From contig MU008194.1 in assembly GCA_010909165.1 (NCBI GenBank), positions 124,001 through 188,000 of the forward strand: a DNA stretch of 64,000 nucleotides, written 5' to 3'. Shown here piece by piece: positions 35,638 to 46,645 of the stretch; the first letter of the stretch is position 1; every line of letters begins with the position of its first letter. Both the position numbers and the translations under genes were made by a program. The notes beneath the pieces were generated by a model. It worked only from the letters and a program-made list of their open reading frames with translations, had not been told where the DNA came from and made no database searches. The DNA comes from Anthoceros angustus. Taxonomy: Eukaryota > Plantae > Anthocerotophyta.

Positions 35638-36656
35638 TTAAGCCCCTCGGCAGCCATCCCAAAACCTGTCATCACTAGCCTGATATGAAGCCCTGCAGAC
35701 AGGGCAGATGGGAGCACCTCCGGTGTCGTCTGCTCCTTGACATTCTTCGGTGAAGGCCTCAAAGGTGCTGATGCAGTCGACATGGAAAACATGGCTGCAA
35801 CTCAGCCATGCCAGGGATGTTCCTTTTCTTCGGTGCAAGGGTTCAATGCATATTGGACACTCAACGTCACCTCGATCTCTCGCCTGTCAGCAACCCAAAA
35901 ATATCAGACGGAGTTCTGACGATGACACCCATTTTGTGGGAGAGAAGAGCACAAAATGAACCACCTTTTCTATGACGAATGGCCAGTTGACTGCAGGGGA
36001 TGGCGTGTTGGCTCCACGTCCATAGGAGGGATGCGCGAGGTACGTGACTCTGTTCTTGTGCTCTGCTGATAGACTTGTTTGCTGATAGCCAAGGTGTTGT
36101 CGATCTCTAGAAGAAGAGCATCTGCTTCTGAATGGTCAACTGCCAATTGTCCAAGTAACATATCTGTCGCGGATTCGAGCTGTTCAAAAGTAGCTCAGAG
36201 AATCATGAAAGGGTTGCACACAGCTGCATCCAGGATAAAGTAAAGGTGCTGCGTTTTGTTGCCCCTTCTTCGGACGAGACAACACGCCATCCCCTGCAGT
36301 CAACTGGCCATTCGTCATAGAAAAGGTGGTTCATTTGTGCTCTTCTCTCCCACACAAAATGGGTGTCATCGTCAGAACTCCGTCTGATATTTTTGGGTTG
36401 CTGACAGGCGAGAGATCGAGGTGACGTTGAGTGTCCAATATGCATTGAACCCTTGCACCGAAGAAAAGGAACATCCCTGGCATGGCTGAGTTGCAGCCAT
36501 GTTTTCCATGTCGACTGCATCAGCACCTTTGAGGCCTTCACCGAAGAATGTCAAGGAGCAGACGACACCGGAGGTGCTCCCATCTGCCCTGTCTGCAGGG
36601 CTTCATATCAGCGGCTAGTGATGACAGGGTTTTGGGATGGCTGCCGAGGGGCTTAA
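35638..36656. pseudogene. RNF32: RNF32 3' exons in fold-back arrangement (minus 35638-36280, plus 36280-36656)
   Basis: The last exon ECPICIEPL...CPVCRASYQ appears on both strands around the strand switch at 36280. Confidence 0.85.
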
Positions 36657-37274
36657 TTTGTGACATGAAACAGTCCATCGCTGCCTCATTTTCATTCCCC
36701 GGTTTCAAGAAGTACACCTGGGAGTCCAGTCGCCTAGACGCGGAAGGTGGGTCAGGAAAAGATCGTGAATTGTGATTCGTGAATCGTAGTCCAGCCTGGC
36801 CGCTTTGCTACGTATCTCTAAACATGGACTCCTCCAAGTTGGCGCACGCATCCAGAGGCCTGACACTTCATTCCCAGCCTTGAAATTTTGTGACAGCCAG
36901 CCCATCCAGATACCTGCCGTCATCCTGTCAGGCCAGGCCGCGACGTTTCAGGAAAGGGAACGAACAGGTCAACTGGTTGCGAGCATGGGCAGGCTGCTAT
37001 TGGACCAGGCTGCCTTGGTATCGTGCTGTAACGAAGCCATGTTTGGCAAACAAAGTGGATTCGACTCCGGCCGGAAGGTGCTGGAAACAGTACTGCATGA
37101 TCCTCCGGGGCCCACTCTTCCGCAAGGCAAGCGAGCCACGTGCGCGCTCGGCATGTCGGTTTGTTCTGCCGTTCGCCAGTAGCGAGTATAAAGAGCGGCG
37201 GCTCAGACTCCCGGCAGACACAATCTTTCAGCGGAATAGCTCGGAGGCTTTAAGCAAGCTCGACTTTCGAGACC

Positions 37275-38362
37275 ATGGCGGTGCCGGCAGCTGTGATTGT
37301 GGCGGTGTTGGCTCTGTGCGTGGCCAGCAATGTGGACGGTAATGAGAGATTCTGTGAGATGGGTTTTATGACGCGCAGCAGCAGGAATGCAGCTGTGTAC
37401 AGCCCATCGTTTGATGAAGCTGTAGACTGTTGCAATGGCATTGATTCTGATCCCGATCGTACTTGGTTGCAGCCGCTCTGTGGAAGCCGAAGCCGTGCAG
37501 CCAGGGCTACTACCCGGGCTGCATCAAGGACGACCCCGTCTTCGTGGGCAGCGACGGCCAGCAGTTCTACTTCCACGGCCACAAGGACGCCGACTTCTGC
37601 ATCGTCTCCGACTCCAACCTGCACGTGAACGCCCACTTCATCGGCCGCCGGGCGGACCACATGTCCCGAGACTTCACCTGGGTGCAGTCCTCGGAATTCT
37701 CTTCGGCGACCACCAGTTGTACATCGGCGCCAGCAAGTGAGTCCGGACAATCTGCAGGACTTCTTGATCCGTTGCAGCCGGTTTGGACGAAATCAGAAGG
37801 AGTGATCAATGCGTGCGTCGATCGATGTCGTGAATGCAGGTGGCCACCTTCGACAACTCCGTGGACTACCTGGTGATGTCCCTGGACGCCAGCCCGATCC
37901 TCCTGCCGGCGGTGAAGGACGCCGCTTGGAGCGCGCCCCACGCCGGCCTGACCGTCACCAGGTCCCAGAGCCACAACGGCGTCATCATCGAGGTGGAGGA
38001 TCAGTTCTCCTCTCTGTGCTCGTCGTGCCCGTCACCGAATCCGACAACATCCGCCACGGCTACGGCATCACCCCGGACAACTGCTTCGCCCACCTGGAGC
38101 TCAACTTCCAGTTCAAGGCGCTCACGCCGTCAGTGTCTGGAGTCCTGGGCCAGACCTACGCTCCCGGCTTCAAGCACCAGGAGAAGGAGGCCGGGCAGAG
38201 CATGCCGTTCTCACCCAAGAGGCGTCCTTCCTCTCTTCTGCCCTCATGTCCACCGACTGCAAGGTCGGCAATTTCCGAGGCCACGTCTCCAGCGACGTCA
38301 CCATCGTCGATTTTCCTCAGACAACATGCTCCGGCGGTTCTGGCCTCGTCTGCCGTCGCTGA
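37275..38362 (+). CDS. Root-cap-domain protein, type A copy (apparent frameshifts)
   Basis: Signal peptide, a phase-1 intron ending TTGCAG|CCGCTCTGTGG, the Root-cap motifs and a stop at 38360-38362. Confidence 0.78.
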
Positions 38363-39270
38363 ATTCTATTCAATTCAATGGAGCAGTTCAGTTCGATGCA
38401 ATTCAGTTGAGAAGTGTGCACACATCGGTGAGGCAACAGGCCCTCCCATCTCTGTCATCCCCGGAGTCTATATTCACATATGGCTTCTCTCCTTTGTAAA
38501 ACACCGGCAACAAGGAGAGATCATAGATGAATTTCAGCTCATGATCAGCTCCGAGCATAGGAAATTGTTGCGTTGCCTACTGCCATGTATAAAGTTGGGT
38601 ACCGTGTGCCATAATAAGGGTGAATAAATTCTGTCTGATACCACTGAACCAGCTTCCTTAGATGCCTTATAGCCCTTTTGGGAGGCTTTACTTTTCATGA
38701 AAACTCAAGAGATGTGCTCAATTACCCGCGGCATCTTCAGTCGAGTGTTCATGTTCCACATGCCTTCTTCCACCCTTCGCTGGCGGAGTAATACGAGATG
38801 TCTGATGATGCCCTGAATACCGTTATGGATAGCATGAATCCATCATTCTTTCTTCTTTGGAATAAAGCACTCTACTGCAGAAACCGAACTTTTCCCCCTC
38901 GAACCCAACTCCTCCAATTTTGTGAGAGTGGTCCCCAACACCTGAACAGCTAGGTGGTTTTCTCTCACAACCTAAAAAACCTGAACAACTAGGAGGAAGA
39001 GAACCACTGACAATCCCCACAACCTGAACAACTAGGTGGTTTTCTCTCACAACCTGAACAACTAGGAGGAAGAGAAAACCACCAACCCAGAAAATGCTGT
39101 GACAGCGCATGCATCGCAAGCAAACTACCAACCCGAAAATCTGTGGCATGCATCGCATAAAGGTTGCAAGTAACCCACCTGAAGAGTGTTATACGTACAA
39201 GATCTCCTGGTCCTGCTCACGGAGAGCCGTGGAAAGCAATTATCTCACTACTCACGAAAGCCGTTTTCTC

Positions 39271-39955
39271 AAACAACAACAACAACTTTATTTATGCCCA
39301 CTTGGGACGAAAAATTATCGTGGGACAGAACTTGTTGGATGAAGGAGGATGTACACATACGTACGTCTCAATTAGAGTAACAGAAACAGGGAGAATAAAA
39401 GGCGGAGGATTGACAAGAAAGTCACAGGGGGCCAAACAAGGACAGTCTGTGATAAAGCATCTCTGAAACACAAAGAGCAGAGAGCTTGGGAATATGAAAG
39501 GCAAAAACACGCTGAAGAAAAAACCTGCTCACTCAAAAAGGATAGAGTATTTGGCCCATATGGCTTTAAAAGCAGGTCAATAAAAATAGAAAGTGCATTT
39601 CGCATTCTGTATTTGAAGAACAAAGCCTGCAAATGCCATCTTCCCGAGGAGGGGCTGGCTCTAGCCAGTGGTCAGTCTCAACCCGGAAGTAATGGGAGCT
39701 GACACAAAATTGACCAGCTAAAGAGCGAAGCTTGAAAGACATGGGGGAACTAAGGTGACGTGGCAGTTTCGGGAAGCTAGAGAGAGAGATCACACGAAAG
39801 TGCTGCTTATAGGAAAGAAGCTTGGTGGAAAGAGGTGCTGGAGAGGGAATAGGGTACCAAGTAAGGCAGAGGTATCGAAATTTGATTGCCTTACGGATAA
39901 GGTGGTTAGAGGGAGGGCGTGGAGGGGGATCGGGTAATTGATGGGTGGCCAAACA
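39271..39955 (-). mobile_element. Non-LTR retrotransposon (RTE/CR1-like LINE) 3' end, 5'-truncated
   Basis: The minus strand reads FCVSSHYFRVETDHW...PREDGICRLC...CEMHFLF, the C-terminal Cys/His motif of such LINE ORF2 proteins, and ends in AATAAA plus a (GTT)n tail. Confidence 0.75.
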
Positions 39956-40107
39956 TGGAGAGTAGAAGGACTAAGTTGGTATCGCTTCAGCCACATGGAG
40001 GCCTTGGCATACCAACAAGAAATAGAGCCATTAGCCCAGAGAGATCTAGACGACCAAAAAGAAAAGAGAAGGTAAGAAGGGAGGTGAGGGTTTTGTTAGT
40101 CAAGAAT

Positions 40108-40679
40108 GTTGAAGGAGTAACCCTACACTGGTCAACTAATGGATAAGTTAGGGTTTAGTTAATCAATGGTACTTCAACAATTTTGTTCATTACTTGGATT
40201 ATTACTTTGCTAGTTCTGTACGCATAAGGCTCTCTCCACTCTCGGCTCTCGCCTTACGCTCCCAAATTCACATGGTATCAGAGCATAGGGGCCTAATGTT
40301 GTTGTCTCACTTCTAATCATACCTCGGCGCGGTATATGCCAGGGCATTGAAATCGGAGTTCGGAACGCTCCCTGTCTGGTGATCAGTTGCTGTTGCGATT
40401 CTCAGCTTCGAGATTACAAAGCTCGAGGAAAATTCTTCAGGGATAGAAGGAAAGACAGAAGGAGAAGACAAGAATGGGTGTCCTGCTACACCAGTTCCTC
40501 CTACAAGCCGCCCAAACCCCAGCGATCTGAGGCATCGGGATCTTCCTCTAGTAACAGCATAATGTTTGAAGCAGCTGAATATATATCAAGCGGCTTTTTA
40601 CGTGAATATACGCGAAACAGGTGAAGGATCGTGTGGCAGCCCATGATGGTGGAAAGAGGAGAGGAGAGGAGGAGGCAAG
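40108..40679 (+). mobile_element. Relic of a further Copia-type element: LTR 3' end, PBS and short internal sequence, cut off by the next element
   Basis: ...ATTCACA (CA at 40271-40272) is directly followed by TGGTATCAGAGC (40273-40284). The LTR start is not determinable. Confidence 0.6.
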
Positions 40680-43600
40680 TGTAACTCTCTCACATTGAGA
40701 TGAGGCTTTGGAGGGTATTTATACCCTCCAATGCTCCTAGGAAGCTCCACAAGAAGCCCCTAGGAAGGAGCACAAGAAGCTTCCTAGTGATTAGCTTAGC
40801 TAAACTAATGATACTTAATCGACACCTAACTTAGACTAAGTGTATTAGTCTAAGTACATTGGGCTTTAATACCCTTACAACCTCCCACTTAAAGGCCAAT
40901 TTACCTTCAGAAGAATGGACTATCTCATGCCCATCGATGTCCGAGCTTGTGCAAATTGCTCGTAGAGAGTCCCTTGGTAAGAATATCTCAGGTTCGCCGG
41001 TGTGAACCTTGACAAGTTGTACCCTCTTGTCATCCAACACCTCTCGAATGAAGTGATACTTCACATCCACATGTTTAGTCTTCGCATGAAACATCGGATT
41101 CTTTGCCAATTGGATAGCACTGCTATCACAATGCAACACCGTACTCAACCTTGATCCCCAAGTCTCCCACTAAACGAGCAAGCCATATGGCTTCCTTGCA
41201 AGCCTCGATTCTTTGCAACATACTCGGCCTCCTCTGTGGTAGATAGCGTAATGCACGATCGCAAACGAGATCGCCATGAGACCCCTCCAAAGTCATGAAG
41301 ACATAACGATGTGGACCTCCTTTTGTCCATATCCCGCATAATCGATCGTGTACCCAACCACACATGCATCTTCACTACCAAAACATATGCACAAAGCTTT
41401 TGTACCATTCGGATACCTCATAACTCCTTTTCGCCTCCCAATGCTTCTTGCGGTTTGACATAAACACGCTAACCACTCCCACCGCAAAGGCAATGTCGGG
41501 CGTGTAGCAATCATTGCATACATCAAACTCCCTACGGTGATGAGTATGGGACCTTCTCCATTTCAGCCTTTGTCCTCCTCGAGCTTGGGCAATCCGCTTG
41601 AAAGTTTCACATATGGAGGCAATGGAGTACCCAATGGCTTCCCTTCTCCATGTTGAAAGCGTTGAAGCACCATTAATGTATTCCGTCGAGACAAATAAAG
41701 CGCTTATGTCTGCTCCGACGAATACGCATGCCAAGTATATGGCTCGCCTCTCCCAAGTCTGCTATTTCAAAGTGAGCATTCAACTTTGACTTCAACAAAT
41801 CTCATCAATCGCTCCAAAGAATTAGCATATCATCCACATAGAGGATCAAAATGAGCAAGCTTTGATCCTTAGCTTCGTATAGAGGCAATGATCCTCATCG
41901 CTTCGTTTGTAGCCTTGAGAAAGCATAAATGAGTGGAACTTGTGATACCACTCTCGGGTGCTGTTTCAAACCATAAAGGCTCTTCCTCAACCACACCGAT
42001 GCTCTTTGCCCTTCTCAACAAAACCTGTTGCCGCATGTAGACGTCCTCTTGAAGGTCACCATGCAAGAATGCCGTCTTGACATCCATCCGCATAAGTTCC
42101 ATATCATTCCAGCAACCAAAGCAAGAACACATCGCAAAGTTGTCATTTTGACTCGGTGAGAAAATCTCATCAAAGTCAATGCCTGGTTGTTGCTTGAAAC
42201 CCTTAGCAACCAATCGTGCCTTGTACTTTGGTTTGCCATCAAGGGTATGACCTTCATCTTGTACACCCATTTGCAGTAGTGCCTTCTTATCCTAAACCAA
42301 CCAACTCCCAAGTTTGGTTCTTATGCAATTCATTTCGATCGCATGGCCTTCTCCCACTTCTTTGTTACTCATTGACATGGCCTCTTTGTAAGAAGAGGGT
42401 TCCCCACAATCTGTCATGACATAATCCAGATGGATCATACCGCCGAGGTCGTGTAATCCCCGCCTCGACCCACGAAGCACTTCTATAGCTCGACTCTTGG
42501 TTCATCTATCGGAGGAATGTGCTCACGCACATTACCACGGTTATCAACCCGCCCATGATGATCATGTCCATCTTCTTGAAGATCACCCTTCGCACCTCCA
42601 CGCTTGGAGTAGGCTTCCTGCATCTTGTTCTCATTGAAGAACACGTCGTTAGTACGAACAACCTTTCTAGCCTCGGATCCCACAAACGGTATCCCATCTC
42701 ACGAATCACCATAGCCAAGAAAAATACATTTCTTGGACTTAGGTGCCAACTTGTCCCGAAACTCTTTTGGAACATGGCAGTATGCCTCACAGCCAAACAC
42801 TCGCAGATGCTTGTAGGATGGTTTCTTTCCAGACCATAGCTCCTCTGGAACCTGCTCATCAACAGCCTTATTAGGAGATCTGTTAATAAGATGAACTGCA
42901 GTAGACACTGCTTCTGCCCAAAACCCATTAGGCAATCCAGAGTTTGACAACAAACTACGCATCCTCTCCTGAATGGTTACATTCATCCGCCGCCCACACC
43001 ATTTTGTGGAGGAGTATCTGCGATCAATTCTCTTTTGATTCCCTTGGAATCATGTAATGACCGAAAGCCAAACATACTTCCACCATTATCCGCCTTAGAC
43101 ACTTCAATCGGTGGCGGTGATTCTCTACAAGGGTGACAAATTTTAAACACCGTAACTTCATCCTTTTTCCTCAAAGGATAAACCCACACCTTGCGTGAGA
43201 AATCATCTATGAAAGTGACAAAATAGAGGCACCGCCTAATGATGCAGAGGCATAGGTCCACATACATCACGTGAACCAACTCAAGAGGTTTACTCCTACT
43301 TTTACCTCTTGTTCGATGTGATGATTTTGTCTGCTTCCCATATAAACAAAGGCTCACACATCGAGAGATCGAGAAGTTAAGAACAGGATATAACGAGCGA
43401 GATAAAACCTTCATTCCCTTCTCGAGACATATGTCCTAACCGCAATGCCACAAGGAAACATTTGGTCGCTCACATGATCACATGATCTTTGGCAGTGTTT
43501 ACAAGTGAGTACAAAGTGCCACACTCGATCCACGAGCTAACACAAGAGAACCTTTGGAGATCTTCCAAGAGTGATCCCCAAACCAAGTGGTAAGCATCAT

Positions 43601-46200
43601 CCAAGCATCTGCGCTAATCATGCTCTTTGTCAACTTGAACATGCCTAACGCCCTTCAAAGATGAATGAAGATCCGTTGTCAAACTTGAGTTGCACATCAC
43701 CGCTGCGATCGGCATGCATAGTTATTTCCAAGCCTAACGCATCCTTTCCTTGTAGCATCATACGTGCTAAACCACTCTCTATGAGTAACATGGAAAGATG
43801 CACCGAATCAATTATCCAATTGCGAATAAATGACTATCCACGGTTGGAGTAGGCTTCTGCATCTTGTTCTCATTGAAGAACACGTCGTTAGTACGAACAA
43901 CCTTTCTAGCCTCGGATCCCACAAAGCGGTATCCCATCTCACGAATCACCATAGCCAAGAAAAATACATTTCTTGGACTTAGGTGCCAACTTGTCCCGAA
44001 ACTCTTTTGGAACATGGCGGTATGCCTCACAAACACTCGCGGATGCTTGTAGGATGGTTTCTTTCCGGACCATAGCTCCTCTGGAACTGCTCATCACTTA
44101 TTAGGAGATCATTAATAAGATGAACTGCGATGAACATACGCCCAAAACCCATTAGGCAATCCGAGTTTGACAACAAACTACGCATCCTCTCCTCGAATGG
44201 TTACATTCATCCACCATTTTGTGGAGGAGTATCTGATCAATTCTCTTTTGATTCCCTTGGAATCACGGAATGGGAAAGCTTTCGAAACATACTCTCCACC
44301 ATTATCTCCCACACTTCAATCGGTGGCGGTGATTCTCTACAAGGGTGACAAATTTTAAACATCGAACTTCATCCTTTTTCCTCAAAGGATAAACCCACAC
44401 CTTGCGTGAGAAATCATCTATGAAAGTGACAAAATAGGAGGCACCGCCTAATGATGCGATGAGCATAGGTCCACATACATCACGTGAACCAACTCAAGAG
44501 GTTTACTCCTACTTTTACCTCTTGTTCGATGTGATGATTTTATGCATTTCCCATATAAGTGCTCACACATCGAGAGATCGGAGAAGTTAAGAACAGGATA
44601 TAACGAGCGAGATAAAACCTTCATTCCCTTGAGACATATGTCCTAACGCAATGCCACAAGGAAACATTTGGTGCTTTCTGTTACCACATGATCACATGAT
44701 GCAGTGTTTACAAGTGAGTACAAAGTGCCACACTTGATCCACGAGCTAACACAAGAGAACCTTTGGAGAGTGATCCCCAAACCAGTGGGTAACGCATCAT
44801 CCAACATCTGCGCTAATCATGCTCTTTGTCAACTTGAACATGCCTAACGTCCTTGATGAATGAAGATCCGTTGTCAAACTTGAGTTGCACATCACCTCGC
44901 TGCGATCGGCATGCATAGTTATTTCCAAGCCTAACGCATCCTTTCCTTGTAGCATCATACGTGCTAAACCACTCTCTATGAGTAACATGGAAAGATGCAC
45001 CGAATCAATTATCCAATTGCAGAATAAATGACTATCCCCGGCTGTTAATTGTGCAGCATTCAAGTAAGAAGAGATAAGGACATCTCCGTCCTCAACGATT
45101 AACTCTTCCAACTGACGAAGTCGCCTTCTTGTCGTCCGCTTCTTCTCTTTTCCTTGGTCCTTTTGAACTTCTCGCACTCTCTTTTGAAGTGACCCCTTTT
45201 GTGACAATAGTGACACTCCACATTCTTATTACGACTACGAGATTTGCTACGAGAAGCTTCATCCGGTTGCTTCCCTTCGGTGGACCTCCCTCTCACTATG
45301 AGGGCTTTGGAACCTTTGGAAGGTTCCATGTTTTCTGTTCACCTCCTCGGTTAACGCTACCTTCTACATTTACAATGGTAAGACCACTAGCGAGGCGAGA
45401 ATTACTCATGAAAGGTGTCCCAACTCTCGTAATGTGACCAGAAACATAGCTCTCACGGAATGGGAATGTGATACCTTGAGATGAGAGCTGGCTGAAAATG
45501 GTATTGAAATCATTCAGATGATCGGACATCCTCGTCTCTTCCTTCATCTTCAAGTCCACCAGCTGTTTCAACCAATAAACTTGAGAAGCCGCACTTTGCT
45601 TCTCATACAGGTCACACAGCTTCTGCCACAGTCCGTAACTCGTGGTCTTATCTTTCACATTGAAGTACACTGTATTTTACTAAAAATCCTTATGCAATAA
45701 GGGACGCCGACATCCATCAATAGTCTTGGACTACACCTGAAGACTTTATTATGAAAAAGAGATGTAAAACCCCATTTATCCCAAGAGAAGGGGGAACAAC
45801 CCTTAGGAGGGCACGGACCATGGGGACTAACTTATTGTCGTAATCCATCGCACCAAGGATATAAAAATCGGGGATGTTAGCATAATAGTAGATCTAGCAA
45901 GCTCATCCAGGTCCTGCCACTCATCCTGTGTCATACTATTTGGTTTGACGCCTAACAACTTTATGGGCTTGATCTGCTTTTCGCACTAGAACATTATACA
46001 CTTGTTCTTTCCAAACGGGAAGTTAGTACCATCTAACTTCTCGATATTGAACATGACGTTTTCTGATGATGAAGACATCATGATTCAAAAACAATACAGA
46101 TAAAACACTCGACTCGCCTTATCGGAAAAGTCAAAGAAGAAAAGCCACCGGGCCTGTATTTTGCCATTGATTCCACGAGTATTCTGAATATTTCGGCTAC
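40680..46200 (-). mobile_element. Second Ty1/copia element (Tnt1-like), indel-riddled; 3' LTR 40680-40879, 5' LTR not found
   Basis: The LTR is TG...CA with TATAAATA on the minus strand and the PPT AAGTGGGAGG is adjacent. Pol motifs: [48 protein letters not shown]. Knuckle CHYCHKRGHFKREC. Gag starts MSSSSENVMFNIEKLDGTNF at 46078. Confidence 0.92.
42598..45035. repeat. Tandem duplication of about 1.2 kb of the integrase region (42598-43836 and 43837-45035)
   Basis: The sequence restarts at ...TTGGAGTAGGCTTC... at about 43840. The two copies carry different small deletions. Confidence 0.85.
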
Positions 46201-46203
46201 ATT

Positions 46204-46645
46204 TTGCGGCCCGGCTGCGCGGCTGCGCCGGTCGTGGCATACGGCTGGATGCCGCTGCGGCTGCGCGCGCCGCGCCCGCGCGCGTCCGGCGGCGCGCACC
46301 AGCCTTGCGCCCTTTGCCGCACCGTCGCGCCCGCCCGCCCGGCCCGTGCCCAGCGGCACCGGCCGCGCACCAGCGGCTGCGCGCGCCGCGCGCTGCGCGC
46401 GCGCCCAGCGGCTGCGCGTCACCCACAACTGCGCGGCTGCGCGCGCCCCACGCGGCGGCGCGCTGGCGGCGCGCGTCCGGCGGCGGCTCGCGGCAGCAGC
46501 GTCCGGCGGCGGCTTTGGCAGCGGCGCGTTCTGCGCGTCGGCGGCTGCGCGTCCGGCCGGCAACACGCCGCCGCGCGTCGGCGGCTGGCGGCTGGCGGCG
46601 CGTCCGCCTGCGCGTCCGGCCGGGCGGCTTTGGCGGCGCGTCACG
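46204..46645. repeat. Extremely GC-rich low-complexity tract (GCG/CGC-rich)
   Basis: Almost devoid of A/T. Its first ~60 bp align only loosely to 29765-29825, which suggests poor base-calling. Confidence 0.7.

Larger units (their letters stand above)
32382..39958. repeat. Large inverted repeat: arms about 32382-36010 and 36280-39958, asymmetric centre about 270 bp
   Basis: The left arm is the reverse complement of the right arm (RNF32 3' exons, Root-cap A, flank, LINE end). Junction microhomologies are CCATGTTTGGC (32382-32392 vs 39948-39958) and CAACA (36280-36284). Confidence 0.93.
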
